A stretch of 64,000 bases of DNA from positions 8,731 to 72,730 of the forward strand of contig NZCK01000024.1 of assembly GCA_002688265.1 (NCBI GenBank), read 5' to 3'. A program made the position numbers and the translations under genes. Under the pieces are notes generated by a model. It ran no database searches and had not been told where the DNA came from. It saw only the letters and a program-made list of their open reading frames with translations. This DNA comes from an archaeon (GTDB taxonomy: Archaea; Nanobdellota; Nanobdellia; Woesearchaeales; GW2011-AR9). Positions 52,961 to 63,881 of the stretch are shown piece by piece. Position 1 is the stretch's first letter. Every line of letters starts with the position of its first letter.

Positions 52961-53442
52961 GAATTTGAAACATGCTCATCAATCTGTTTTTTTGAGAGTT
53001 GATAAAAAATGTTGTTCGTTCTAGTAGCATTATTTTTTTTGTAAAAATTTATTGCCGGCATGTTCCAATTTAAAGTCCACCATTCCATGCGACCACAATC
53101 CCTATCTTTAGCAAGTTTCACACAATAATCAAACATTTTTTGTCCAATCCTTTGCTTTCTAAATTCTTTTAACACAAAAATATCTTCTAAAAAAAGAGAA
53201 GGGAGTGCAAGAAAACTAGAATAAGTTGGATAAATAATCATGAATCCAATATCTTGAGATCCAAGATTAGCAATAAATGCCTCATATTTTGGATTTTTTG
53301 ATAATGCGTCTTCTTTTAGGCGCTTCTTTGCTGCAGAATCTGGAGGGGATTGATCTTCAAATAAAGCCATTTTTTCAAGAAGATTTATGAAACTATCAAA
53401 ATTAGTTTTTGTTACTTTTTTAATTAATATTTCAGTTGACAT
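52957..53442 (-). CDS. GNAT-family N-acetyltransferase
   Basis: 161 aa. The acetyl-CoA-binding segment is FRKQRIGQKMFDYCVKLA. Confidence 0.8.
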   Translation of the reverse strand: MSTEILIKKVTKTNFDSFINLLEKMALFEDQSPPDSAAKKRLKEDALSKNPKYEAFIANLGSQDIGFMIIYPTYSSFLALPSLFLEDIFVLKEFRKQRIGQKMFDYCVKLAKDRDCGRMEWWTLNWNMPAINFYKKNNATRTNNIFYQLSKKQIDEHVSNS

Positions 53443-53587
53443 TTTACTCTAAAGAAACTCAAATAAGACAGGCTTTTTAATTTATTGCCAAGTTATTGTT
53501 AGATATTCTCTTTATATTAGTTTTTTAACCTTTTTTTTAAAACGAAGATTTATAAATCTCTCGACCATTTCACAGAGTAGATTTAAG

Positions 53588-56500
53588 GTGATGGTTGAGA
53601 GGAAAAAACAGACTACTTTAGGGTCATCTGTTTCTGGAGCTAGTTCGAAGTATGTTTTTACTAGATTTAATGGCATATTTTTACTGTTCATTCTACTATT
53701 TGTACTATTCACCGTAGGAGTTTTTGCTGACACCGAAGGATGTTATTTATTTACAGGGGGATCAGAAGATTATCTCTGTCAAAACAATGTTTTAGAAAGT
53801 GAAGCAGAAGCAGACTGTTCCAATGATGATAATTGCGATTTTGATTCAATGTTTATTGCTGGTGAATCTTGTTCTAATTACCCAGAAGTTTGTGCCGAAG
53901 TAACCTGTTCTTATGATTGTGATACCCACTCTATTGGAAAATGTGAAGATTTAGGAGGAGAAGCAATCTCAGATGACGAATATGACCTTTGGTGTTCTGA
54001 AGGATGCTGCTCTGTTGGAAGTTTTTGTGAATATGTAGACATTCGATATGATTGTGTCGAAAGAGCAATCCAACAAGGCTACACCGAAAGCGATATTTCA
54101 ATGATAATTGAAAATATGGATTCAAATTCCTGTCAAACTACAATCTGCGGAGTTGAACTAAGCTTAGGAACAGTTGGAGGATATATTCTAGATCAAGATG
54201 GATTAGCTATCAGTGGAGCCAACGTAGAACTTAGTAGCACCCAAACAGATACTAGTTCTAGTGATGGATATTATTCTTTTTCTGGAGTTACTCCAGGAAG
54301 TTATGTTTTACAAGTTAGTGCAACAGGATATTCAAGTGTTAGCAGCTCAATTTCAGTAAGTTCAGGTGAAAATGTTGAAACTAATATCACCTTGGCTCCA
54401 GCCGGAGATAGTTACACTATTAGTGGAGAAGTTTATGATGATACTAGCGTACTGGTTGCTGATGTAAGTATTTGCTTTGAATCTTCAACGGGCGAAGAAT
54501 TTTGTACAACCAGTAGCTCAGAAGGAAGTTATAGTATTTCTGGATTACAGTCAGACAGTTACATCATCACTATGACTAAGTATGCGTACGCAACAACCAC
54601 AGACTCATTAACTGTTAGCGGAGATTCAAGCCACGATTTAGTGATTGACTCAATAGATTTTCAAGGAGTAAGTGGAATAACGTGGCTTGATGAAAACGGA
54701 GATGGCTTGGTTCAAAACCCAGAGGGAGTGGTTTTTGGAGCTTCAATTTACGTTGACGGTGTTTACAAAGGCAATTCTCAATATCCAGACGGGGATTATG
54801 AAGTTTACTTAGAAGATGGAACTTACACAGTACAAGCGACCTATCAAGATTATGCTAGTGAAGAGTACGAAATAACAGTTGGCGCAAATGAGGTTGATTT
54901 ATCAATCTTATTACAACAAGAAATTGGGGAATGTAGTTACGGCGAAGCTAACCAAGAAAAATCAGTAGAAGTTTTCGAAGCTACAATTACACAAGGAGTT
55001 TCCGAAGTAATCCTTAGTTGGGAAAAACCATGTAATGAAGTAAGTGGTTACATTATTCAAAGAGATGGATTACCACTAAGTGGAGTAGATTCATTTTCTC
55101 CTCTAGTAATTACTACAACCGACCTAGAAGTAGAATGGGGAGAAACATACACTTACTCAATTTGGGCAGTTTACACTGACGGACCATTAGATGAAAATGG
55201 TGACCCACAAGTAAGACAAAGTTCAAGCCCAGCAACAATTAGTATCACACTTGGAAATTTGAATTGCGAAGGGAGAGAAGTTGGAGCCACATTTTGTATC
55301 TCAGACGATTCCGACACCAGCACCGATGAAAGGAAAACTGTTTATTCTTGCGATGAGGGCAATAATATCATAAGTTCAGTTGATTGTTCAAGTTTGGATG
55401 ACTCTGAAAGCAGTTATTTTTGTAGTGCTGCTTCAGAAACTTATGCACTTTGTAAAAATACTGGAAATTGTAATGTTCTTGGACAAAACGCAGATCCATT
55501 CGGATTATATTACGATTCATCTTCATGTTATGGAAATTATGACGCACAAGATGGATACGATTCATTCTGTTATTATGATTACACCGAAACTAGTATTGTT
55601 GATGCCTGTTACTCATGCGAACAAGTAGTAAACTGTTTTGATTATATCAGCCAAGACAGTTGCGAAGTCAATAACTGTTTAGGCATTGGTTGCAACTGGA
55701 TAGATTCAAGCAATAGTAGTTTAGATTATGGCGTGGAAAACAGCGATTCATTCTTAGATTTAGGTTACCTATTTCCAACATCTGAACAAACAGGGCATGG
55801 ATATTGTGTTGAGGAAGGATATGGTGATTTAGAAATCTTAGGGTTTGGAGAATACTGCAGTCAATGTGGTCCAGATGCAGACCTTTTCGAAAACACTTTT
55901 TGTACAGCAGACGTTTGTAGCAACCTAGGACGTTGTTTTGCTGATGAAGAATTGGCAGCTTGCGACTCTTGTGGAGATGAAGCAAGTGGGGATGCTAACT
56001 GTTACACTTACAATTCGGAAATAGAATGTAGCGGAGGAAGTGATGTTTCAATTATTTCAGGAGTAGTTAGTGGATCAGAAGACAGTTGTGCATGGAACGC
56101 TTGTGCTTGGCAAGAATCACTCACGGCTTCAGCAGAAGGATTAGGTGAAGGAGTTAATGGATATTGCTACAAAGACGGAAATGGTGACAAAAATGATGAT
56201 TGTAGTGAATTTAGTAGTGGAGAATATGACTCCTGTGTTAGAGACGTATACTCTCCAACAACCAGCATAGTTACGAACAGTTTTGAAGTGGTTTCAACAG
56301 CTTATTCTAATGTAAGTTTTTCTGGAACAGACGAAGAGAATCCAATGGGCCAATTAGGATATTGCATAATGAGTTCAGATTCTGGTGATTGCGATAATTT
56401 CGAGTATGTAGATTATGCAGGATTAGAAAACACTGAAGAATTAGTAATTGATTTAATCAATAGCAGTTTCTTAAGCGCAAGCAAAATTGATGGAGAAAGT

Positions 56501-59500
56501 TATGTACTTAGATACTTCTCACTAGACAAATATTATAATCAAGAATCAGTTAGAGAAGCAATAGTTTTTGTGGACAACCATAACCCAGAGTTTACCGTTG
56601 AATGGGAAAGCACAACTGATGCTGATCTTAGCGAATTAACAGTTTACCTAAGTGATATGAATGAAGCAATGCGTTGTGATTTTGGATTAGATGAAACTTA
56701 TCCTTCAGGAGATAGTTACGAAACTAGTTCTGAGAGAGATGAAGATAAAGAAGCCACATTTAGTAACCTTGATGGAATTATATACAACTTAACTGTAAAT
56801 TGCTACGATGATTATGGGAACTTAGGCGAGTTTGACGAAGAGATTGTTTTTGATTTAGAACAAGACATAAGCATTGTATATCCCCCGTTTGAAGGAGTGA
56901 TCGCCGAAACGAGTGTAGAATTTGCAGTGACAACAGCAGTATCAGCCACTTGTGAATTGTATGAAGTAGAAAGTGGAAACAAACTAGCAGATTTTGCAAC
57001 ATCTGACACTGAAAACAAAGTACATGAAACAACAGAAGTTGCTGGTTATTTTGAAGGAGATTACTCTGGAACAGTAAAAGTTGTTTGTGTAGAATCACTT
57101 GATGGAGACATTCTAGAAGACTATTTCTATTTCAGCGTAGATTTTACAGCACCAGAAACTCAAATCATTTTAACCGAAGGAGAAAGAATTGAAGAACCAA
57201 CCGGATACGCTTGGGAAGAATTTTTTATTGAAGAAGTTCAAATCGATTTTGAATGCGTAGAAGATGATGGATTCGCTTGCGCCAGTACTTATTATTGTCT
57301 TGGAGAAGAATGTGAATATGCTGAAGCAGAAGGCTACGTGGAGTACACAGCCAGTGTCTCTGTAGTTGAAAGCACCGAAATTTGTTATTACTCTGTTGAT
57401 GAAGGAGGATCTGTTGGATATCCTGATTGCGGAGAAATACTTATCGAAGGATTTGGAATTTTGCTGGTGACACCAACCCAATTCTACTATGAAGGAGAAG
57501 TTTGGGGAATTAGTAATGCTGCAACATTTGATTGGGAAGTGATGACCAAAATTGATACCAACGCCTGTGCTTTTGATTTTAACGACGGGTTTGATATGCA
57601 TACCCAACCAGAATATAAACAAATCTCTAATAGTGATATCGCTGATAATCATTATACTTACCTAGAATTCCCAGGAGAAGTGTTAGAAGCTTACGAGGAA
57701 TCAGGTAACGTCAAGACTTTATACGTGCAATGCGAAGATTACACTGGGGAAGTGGGACCAAATCAATTAATGAATTTAGAATATGATCCAACACTCCCTG
57801 TAATTGGATCTAGTTACGCGGATCCTGACTCCATGAGCGAAGGAGTAGAAACGTATTTGTATGTAAGTACTGATGATAAAACGCTCTGCAAATTTAGTGA
57901 TGATAGTGAGTCAACAGGAAGTCACGAGTACGACACAATGGAATACTCGTTCCCAGGGTTTGAAGGAGACGATGGAGAACAAGAACTGTTTTTAGATCAT
58001 GAAACTGCTTTTGGTTTTAGTTTTGCAGGAGCGTCAAAAGATTATTTATTGAATGTACAATGTATGAATGGGGCAGGAGATTTATCTGAGGCCAACGAAA
58101 TCACATTTAGTGTAGATTATTCCATCTCTGGATATATTGAATCGATTTTACCAAGTGGATACATTACCAATACCGATGTCACATTAGAAGTTGTTACAAG
58201 TAAAAATGCAGAATGCAGTTATGATGAAGTTGTAATGGAATCTACTGGAGGCACAACTCACAGCCAATATTTAGGAGTATTATCAGAAGGAGAATATCAA
58301 TATTTGATTGTTTGTAGTATTGAAGGAAGTGATAGAGAAGCAGAAGCAAATTTTGCAATTGATTTAACAGCGCCAATTGTTTCTGAAATTGATGATGGAA
58401 CTTACACTTGTAGTCTAGACACTGCATCACTGTTTGCATACACTGATGATGAGTCAATTAGTAGTTATTATTATGAATTGTATCAAGGAGACTCTGTTGT
58501 CGTAGAAGATTCAACAAGTTCTAACGAAACAAATGAGTCAGTAGATACGGGTTCAACAAGTTCTGGAACTTTAATTACTACTGGCACAATGCCAGTTGAG
58601 AACGGAACAACAATTACTGGGTTGAATTTATTGGAGAATACATCTTATTATTTTGAGGTGTCAGTTACTGACACTGCTGGAAATGTAGGATCAGGAGCTA
58701 CCAGTGATGGATTTATTGCAGTGTCAAGTGATTCAGAAAGTTGTACCTCGGATGAAACGCCGCCAACAGTTACAGTTACAACTACTGATAGTTGCTCAAA
58801 AGTGACTGCTGTAATAGATTGTGAAGATGCTATGGGGTGTTCTTCTATATTTTATGGGTCAGCGGCTTCATCTTCAGATTGCAATACTACAGAAAATTAT
58901 TATGGATCAAATATTGATTTTGAAAGCAGTGGGTGGGTTTGTTATTATGCCGAAGATGTAAACGGAAATAATGTTAGCAGTTCAAAGAAAGTTACGGTCT
59001 CTGATGACGATGGGGACAAAGTGGCAAATAGTTGTGATGCTTGTGGAAGTACAGCTGCAGGTTCTGCAGTTGATAGTGAAGGGTGTGGTTACGGAGAAGT
59101 ACCAGACGCAGAATCTGAGAGTGGGACCAGCGATACTGATAACGATGGGCTGCCAGATAGTTGGGAAAAATTGTACGATCAAACAAGTTGTCCATTCAAT
59201 TATATTAGCTCTGACAGTGATTCTGATGGAACTTTGGACACTAATGAAGATTACGATGGGGATGGTTACACTAGTTACGAAGAATACCGAGCAGGTTATA
59301 ACCCTTGTACCTCTGATGGCCCAAGTGAAGATAGTAGTAGTACAACTTCAACAGAAGATGATTTAATAAGTAGCGATGATTCAAGTTCTAGTAGTACTTC
59401 TGGAGATAGTGAAGGATCATTAATGGCATTGATCTTCTTCTTGATCGGACTAGTATTATTAATTGGAGGTGGAGCAGGACTCTACTATGCTTATGCAAAA

Positions 59501-60040
59501 GATCCAAAAGGAAAAGCAGCAGTAGCTCAATTCTTTGGAAAAGGAACGACTGCTAGTTCAACAGGTTCTGATAATGGATTAATGGGAGGACCGTATTCTG
59601 GACCAAGTGGAGTAGTTAGTGGACGGGCCACAGGTGCAGCTGGTGCTGCAGAGGCAAGTGGAGCAGGAGGATGGATTGCTAATATGCGTAATGCTGTTGC
59701 TGGTTTAGGAAAAGTTAGAAACAAAAAAGCAAAACGTAAACAACGAGTTGGCGAATTTGGTGACTTTAATAAGAGTAGTTCTAGTTTCCCTCATTTTGCA
59801 GACGTATTAGATTCCAAGAAAAAACCACTGGAAAAATTAGGAGATTTAACTTCAAGATATTCAGAACATCGTGATATTGTCAAAAAAGGTTTAAAACCAC
59901 ATGAAAAAAGTCTGTTCTCACAATTAGATAGTATTTCTAAAAAAGCTAAAGGAAAATCATTAGATTCAGTGGCGTCTCCACAAGATGCTAAAAACATCTT
60001 TAGTAAACTAAAAAAGTTAAGTGATAAAAGAGGGAAATAA
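53588..60040 (+). CDS. giant Cys-rich cell-surface protein (carboxypeptidase-regulatory-like and thrombospondin-type-3-like repeats, C-terminal TM anchor)
   Basis: 2150 aa.
- Signal peptide: ...FTVGVFA|DTEG.
- Cys-rich modules.
- CarboxypepD_reg-like repeats (GGYILDQDGLAISGANVEL...GSYVLQVSATGY; YTISGEVYDD...).
- Asp-rich Ca-binding-like repeats at nt 59003-59310 (DTDNDGLPDSWE, DSDSDGTLDTNEDYDGDGYTSYEEY).
- Ser-rich stalk.
- TM at nt 59420-59494.
- A ~180-aa Gly/Ala- and Lys-rich cytoplasmic tail. Confidence 0.8.
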   Translation: MMVERKKQTTLGSSVSGASSKYVFTRFNGIFLLFILLFVLFTVGVFADTEGCYLFTGGSEDYLCQNNVLESEAEADCSNDDNCDFDSMFIAGESCSNYPEVCAEVTCSYDCDTHSIGKCEDLGGEAISDDEYDLWCSEGCCSVGSFCEYVDIRYDCVERAIQQGYTESDISMIIENMDSNSCQTTICGVELSLGTVGGYILDQDGLAISGANVELSSTQTDTSSSDGYYSFSGVTPGSYVLQVSATGYSSVSSSISVSSGENVETNITLAPAGDSYTISGEVYDDTSVLVADVSICFESSTGEEFCTTSSSEGSYSISGLQSDSYIITMTKYAYATTTDSLTVSGDSSHDLVIDSIDFQGVSGITWLDENGDGLVQNPEGVVFGASIYVDGVYKGNSQYPDGDYEVYLEDGTYTVQATYQDYASEEYEITVGANEVDLSILLQQEIGECSYGEANQEKSVEVFEATITQGVSEVILSWEKPCNEVSGYIIQRDGLPLSGVDSFSPLVITTTDLEVEWGETYTYSIWAVYTDGPLDENGDPQVRQSSSPATISITLGNLNCEGREVGATFCISDDSDTSTDERKTVYSCDEGNNIISSVDCSSLDDSESSYFCSAASETYALCKNTGNCNVLGQNADPFGLYYDSSSCYGNYDAQDGYDSFCYYDYTETSIVDACYSCEQVVNCFDYISQDSCEVNNCLGIGCNWIDSSNSSLDYGVENSDSFLDLGYLFPTSEQTGHGYCVEEGYGDLEILGFGEYCSQCGPDADLFENTFCTADVCSNLGRCFADEELAACDSCGDEASGDANCYTYNSEIECSGGSDVSIISGVVSGSEDSCAWNACAWQESLTASAEGLGEGVNGYCYKDGNGDKNDDCSEFSSGEYDSCVRDVYSPTTSIVTNSFEVVSTAYSNVSFSGTDEENPMGQLGYCIMSSDSGDCDNFEYVDYAGLENTEELVIDLINSSFLSASKIDGESYVLRYFSLDKYYNQESVREAIVFVDNHNPEFTVEWESTTDADLSELTVYLSDMNEAMRCDFGLDETYPSGDSYETSSERDEDKEATFSNLDGIIYNLTVNCYDDYGNLGEFDEEIVFDLEQDISIVYPPFEGVIAETSVEFAVTTAVSATCELYEVESGNKLADFATSDTENKVHETTEVAGYFEGDYSGTVKVVCVESLDGDILEDYFYFSVDFTAPETQIILTEGERIEEPTGYAWEEFFIEEVQIDFECVEDDGFACASTYYCLGEECEYAEAEGYVEYTASVSVVESTEICYYSVDEGGSVGYPDCGEILIEGFGILLVTPTQFYYEGEVWGISNAATFDWEVMTKIDTNACAFDFNDGFDMHTQPEYKQISNSDIADNHYTYLEFPGEVLEAYEESGNVKTLYVQCEDYTGEVGPNQLMNLEYDPTLPVIGSSYADPDSMSEGVETYLYVSTDDKTLCKFSDDSESTGSHEYDTMEYSFPGFEGDDGEQELFLDHETAFGFSFAGASKDYLLNVQCMNGAGDLSEANEITFSVDYSISGYIESILPSGYITNTDVTLEVVTSKNAECSYDEVVMESTGGTTHSQYLGVLSEGEYQYLIVCSIEGSDREAEANFAIDLTAPIVSEIDDGTYTCSLDTASLFAYTDDESISSYYYELYQGDSVVVEDSTSSNETNESVDTGSTSSGTLITTGTMPVENGTTITGLNLLENTSYYFEVSVTDTAGNVGSGATSDGFIAVSSDSESCTSDETPPTVTVTTTDSCSKVTAVIDCEDAMGCSSIFYGSAASSSDCNTTENYYGSNIDFESSGWVCYYAEDVNGNNVSSSKKVTVSDDDGDKVANSCDACGSTAAGSAVDSEGCGYGEVPDAESESGTSDTDNDGLPDSWEKLYDQTSCPFNYISSDSDSDGTLDTNEDYDGDGYTSYEEYRAGYNPCTSDGPSEDSSSTTSTEDDLISSDDSSSSSTSGDSEGSLMALIFFLIGLVLLIGGGAGLYYAYAKDPKGKAAVAQFFGKGTTASSTGSDNGLMGGPYSGPSGVVSGRATGAAGAAEASGAGGWIANMRNAVAGLGKVRNKKAKRKQRVGEFGDFNKSSSSFPHFADVLDSKKKPLEKLGDLTSRYSEHRDIVKKGLKPHEKSLFSQLDSISKKAKGKSLDSVASPQDAKNIFSKLKKLSDKRGK

Positions 60041-60111
60041 TAATTAATTTCAATAAATGTTGATAATGTTAACTTGGAAAAGAAGCGATTATTTGTAGGG
60101 GAGAAGAGAAG

Positions 60112-60657
60112 ATGGGAAAGATGACAATTGCAAGAGAAAATATTTTTAGAGACAAAAAGGGACAAGGAATAGGACAAGTTTTTGTGTTTATAGTAGCGGG
60201 TTTAACTTTTGCATTTGTTATGATTTTTGGATACAAAGCTATCGCAGACTTCTTGGAGAAAGGAGAAACAGTTGAGTTCTTACAATTCAAAAATGAAATC
60301 GAATCAGACATAAAACAAATAGCCTCAGAATATGGTGCAGTCAGACAAACAACATTTTATCTTCCTGCGAGATATGAAGAAGTTTGTTTTATAGATTTGG
60401 ATGCAGAGTATGATTCGAGTAGTGAACTTTGTCAAAAAAATATTATTGCGTGTGATGTCTGGGAGACTGCTTTTGAAGAGGGAGGATACACTGCGGCTGA
60501 TGAAAATGTGTTTTTGGAGCCAACAGCACCAGTTTCTATTAAAGTTTATAATATCGAACTAGACGAAGATTATTTTTGTGCAACTGTAAGCGGCGGACAA
60601 TTCACTCTGAGATTGGAAGGATTAGGCTCAAAAACATATCTCTCAGAAGCAAGCTAA
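60112..60657 (+). CDS. class III signal peptide (type IV prepilin-like) protein 1
   Basis: 181 aa. ...FRDKKG|QGIGQVFVFIVAGLTFAFVMIF has a basic leader, G|Q, then a hydrophobic helix. Confidence 0.6.
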   Translation: MGKMTIARENIFRDKKGQGIGQVFVFIVAGLTFAFVMIFGYKAIADFLEKGETVEFLQFKNEIESDIKQIASEYGAVRQTTFYLPARYEEVCFIDLDAEYDSSSELCQKNIIACDVWETAFEEGGYTAADENVFLEPTAPVSIKVYNIELDEDYFCATVSGGQFTLRLEGLGSKTYLSEAS

Positions 60658-60708
60658 ATTGAAGTTACTTGTATTGAATTTTATTTTTTGAGTTAATATA
60701 TTATAAAA

Positions 60709-61860
60709 ATGGTAGTAAGAAGAAGAGTTCGGTCTAAAACAGGGCAAATGACACTCAGTTTTAATTGGATCTTTGTTTTGATAGCTGGAACAATGATTTT
60801 ATTATTTTTTGTAGGAATTATAATTAAACAAAAATCAGTATCTGAACAAAAATTAAATTTTGATATTGTAACAGTTATGGATTCTATTTTAACAGGATCA
60901 ACAGTCTCTGAGAGGACAATTAATTTTGTAGATATAAGTGGACTTGCAGGATTTGAATTATATTTTGATTGCGAACTAGATGACGGAGGTGGTTTTGATG
61001 ACATATTTGCACAGTATGGAATTACAGGAAGTACTGCCAGCAGCGAATTACCAATGCAAGTTTTGTTCGCTCCTAAAACAATGGAAGGAACAGAAATGAT
61101 TACTTGGAGTTTGCCCTATAAAATGCCTTACAAAGTGATGGATTTATTGATGGTCACATCAACTTCAGTTAAATATTACGTTATAGGTGGAGAGAATACA
61201 GCATTTAGAACTGATTTAGAAAATGCAACAGATGGGTTCACAATAGAATTTATTTCTGATGTATCTGAAATTTCTTCACCAGGAGATTTGTACCATGTTC
61301 GAATAATTGACCTTGATGGAAGCACGTTAGTTCATAGTATGGAAATTCCTGACATATTAAAAGATGCAGATACTGGCGTAGTTACAGGAATTTTAATATC
61401 AGACACATTAAGTAGCGTAAATTATTTTGCTAAGAATGGAGATGTTTGGAATAAATTAACTTCAGCAGGATCTGTCCCGATAATTAATACAGGGTACGAA
61501 GAAAAAGATGCAGCATTATATGGTGCCTTGTTTTCATCCGATGATGAGTCATACAAATGTAATATGATGAAAGCGTTTAAACGGTACTATTTAGTGACTC
61601 AGTTGTACCAGGAGAAAGTTGAAGAGATGATCTCTTATTATGAAGAAGGGCCAGAAGAAGCTCAAGCTAATACTGATTGTGGTTTGCATTTAACAGAAGA
61701 CGCATCTAACATGGAAGACGCGCTTAATAATTTGGCAAGCACACTTACAACTTGTATAGAGCAAGGTTATGATTATTGCACAGAACTTTCAGAATATGCC
61801 AGAGAAGTGCACACTTTAAACGAAGCATTAAGTGGAGAAAATTGTGAGACATTATACTGA
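60709..61860 (+). CDS. class III signal peptide (prepilin-like) protein 2
   Basis: 383 aa. MVVRRRVRSKTG|QMTLSFNWIFVLIAGTMILLFFVG. Confidence 0.6.
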   Translation: MVVRRRVRSKTGQMTLSFNWIFVLIAGTMILLFFVGIIIKQKSVSEQKLNFDIVTVMDSILTGSTVSERTINFVDISGLAGFELYFDCELDDGGGFDDIFAQYGITGSTASSELPMQVLFAPKTMEGTEMITWSLPYKMPYKVMDLLMVTSTSVKYYVIGGENTAFRTDLENATDGFTIEFISDVSEISSPGDLYHVRIIDLDGSTLVHSMEIPDILKDADTGVVTGILISDTLSSVNYFAKNGDVWNKLTSAGSVPIINTGYEEKDAALYGALFSSDDESYKCNMMKAFKRYYLVTQLYQEKVEEMISYYEEGPEEAQANTDCGLHLTEDASNMEDALNNLASTLTTCIEQGYDYCTELSEYAREVHTLNEALSGENCETLY

Positions 61861-61889
61861 CACAATTAAAATAGGCTATTTGGGAAAAA

Positions 61890-62504
61890 ATGAAAACAAT
61901 TAATAAAAAACAGCAGCGCAAATGGGGAATTTTTCCTAAAGGCCGAAGAGCCCAAATGCAAATGATGGAAACAATAGGAGTGATCTTCATATTTTTCGTT
62001 TTAGTGCTGTTTGGATCAATATTTTACTTTAAATTCCAAGAAATTAGCTTTCAAAATCAACAAGAAGAATTGTTAGCCCAAAAAGCAATGGATATTACAC
62101 TAGTAACTTTGTTTTTACCAGAAATTCAATGCAGTCAAGGAGATGCAGAATCTGAAGATAATTGTGTTGATATGACAAAGGTGAGGGCCATGAATATGAT
62201 GATGGAAGAAAACCCCAGATATTTGACAGATTATTACTTCAATATTTTTGGTTACGCGAATATAAGTGTAAACATGGTTTACCCCATAAATTATTCTTGG
62301 ACCGTTTACGAATTTGAAAAAACAGGAATTTATGATAATGGGACAGAATACTCTGCTTGGGATCGAAAAGAAGCCACCTATTTTGTGATTACTTTAAGAG
62401 ATGGAATGCAAGGCTATGGATATGACAGTGCAGTAAGTTCATTATTCTTAGGAAATGAAATTATTTACAGTTTTGGTTACTTGAAAATTGAGGTGTTCAG
62501 TTAA
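61890..62504 (+). CDS. class III signal peptide (prepilin-like) protein 3
   Basis: 204 aa. ...FPKGRRA|QMQMMETIGVIFIFFVLVLFG. Confidence 0.55.
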   Translation: MKTINKKQQRKWGIFPKGRRAQMQMMETIGVIFIFFVLVLFGSIFYFKFQEISFQNQQEELLAQKAMDITLVTLFLPEIQCSQGDAESEDNCVDMTKVRAMNMMMEENPRYLTDYYFNIFGYANISVNMVYPINYSWTVYEFEKTGIYDNGTEYSAWDRKEATYFVITLRDGMQGYGYDSAVSSLFLGNEIIYSFGYLKIEVFS

Positions 62505-62505
62505 A

Positions 62506-63045
62506 ATGGCTAATCGCAGAGGACAAACAGAAATGATTGGCCTAGTTGTAATTGTGATAATGCTAACACTTGGAATGTTGTTCTTAGCCAAATTTGCTCT
62601 ACAGGAAGAACCAGCTAAAAAAATATTTACTAGAAAAGGTCTTGCTTATAGCACAATGAGTGCAGTTATGAAAACAGAATTAGAATGTTATGATAGCGCC
62701 ACATCAAATGATCCTGATGAACTAAAAGTTCAAGCGGATTTGCTTGAGGATTGTGCAGATGTTGTTAGATTTAATACCGCAGGAGATATTAGTTGTTATG
62801 GTTACGATAGCAGCTGTGATTTGTTAGAAGAAGAAATTTCTATTTTGTTAAATGCTACACTAGGAGAATGGCATAAAGAATATTTGTTTAGCGCTGAAGT
62901 TTTGGTTGGAACTGAGCCTTTGACAGTATTAGAGATTGATAGTGGTGGATGTGCCACTTCAACTGAGCGAGATAGTTCAGGATTATTTCCGATTTATGTG
63001 ACGAATGTAGGTTTAATTGAAAGTGTTTTGTATATCTGTGAGTAA
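62506..63045 (+). CDS. class III signal peptide (prepilin-like) protein 4
   Basis: MANRRG|QTEMIGLVVIVIMLTLGMLFLA. ATG 62506 is preferred over the track's TTG 62488, which overlaps the previous gene. Confidence 0.6.
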   Translation: MANRRGQTEMIGLVVIVIMLTLGMLFLAKFALQEEPAKKIFTRKGLAYSTMSAVMKTELECYDSATSNDPDELKVQADLLEDCADVVRFNTAGDISCYGYDSSCDLLEEEISILLNATLGEWHKEYLFSAEVLVGTEPLTVLEIDSGGCATSTERDSSGLFPIYVTNVGLIESVLYICE

Positions 63046-63155
63046 AGTTTTTATTAAATTTGAATAGGGATTCCCGTAATGTTTATATACGCTAAGAGAT
63101 TATTTATTAACTAGTATTAATAGTATAAAATTTAATATTTAACGAGGTGGATGGA

Positions 63156-63527
63156 ATGGATTTTCTAAAATCAAAGAAGGGACAAGGATTGTCTTTAACA
63201 GTTATTATTGTAGCAGCACTGGCACTAGTTGTTTTAGTGGTGTTGGTTTTGATTTTTACTGGAAGAATGTCAGTATTTAGTGAAGGTTTAGGTGAAGAAG
63301 GAACAGCAGAATTAACAACATACAAAATAGTTTATGGTGATTGTCATCCAACAAGCAGTCAAGAAAATGCGTTTTTGAATGCAATGAGTCAAGCAGCTAA
63401 TGACAAAGATAACACCCAAGAGCTGGAAACGGAAGCCAAAGATGACTTTGAAGGAGTCATTGATGACTGTCGTGCATCAGGAATTGATGAGAACGCTTGT
63501 GAATCTGATGGATGTAGTTGGAATTAA
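63156..63527 (+). CDS. small prepilin-like protein 5 (major-pilin candidate)
   Basis: MDFLKSKKG|QGLSLTVIIVAALALVVLVVLVLIF, with a Cys-containing C-terminus. ATG 63156 is preferred over GTG 63147. Confidence 0.6.
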   Translation: MDFLKSKKGQGLSLTVIIVAALALVVLVVLVLIFTGRMSVFSEGLGEEGTAELTTYKIVYGDCHPTSSQENAFLNAMSQAANDKDNTQELETEAKDDFEGVIDDCRASGIDENACESDGCSWN

Positions 63528-63530
63528 AAG

Positions 63531-63848
63531 ATGGTAATTAGTAAAAAAGCGCAACAAAACATGTTTTGGATAGTGATTGGTGCAGTAATTGCTTTGGTTG
63601 TAATGATCATACTAATAGTAATGTTTACTGGGAAGACAGGAGCATTAGAAGGGGGCCTTTTGGATTGTCAGAGTAAAGGAGGGGTCTGTGAATATACTAG
63701 TGAAGATTGTAAAAATTCCGACTCTTTTAGTAAAACTGGTGGTTACTCTGGAGAGGACGCAGGAACTGTTGCATCAGCATTTCAATGTTCTGGAGTTAGT
63801 TCAGACATAGTTTGCTGTTTCCCACCAAGCAAAGTTTCCGAAGATTAA
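63531..63848 (+). CDS. small prepilin-like protein 6 (major-pilin candidate)
   Basis: 105 aa. MVISKKA|QQNMFWIVIGAVIALVVMIILIVMF, with 6 Cys in the C-terminal half. Confidence 0.6.
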   Translation: MVISKKAQQNMFWIVIGAVIALVVMIILIVMFTGKTGALEGGLLDCQSKGGVCEYTSEDCKNSDSFSKTGGYSGEDAGTVASAFQCSGVSSDIVCCFPPSKVSED

Positions 63849-63881
63849 GAACGTTAGTAATGCTAGTTAAAGGTAAACATA

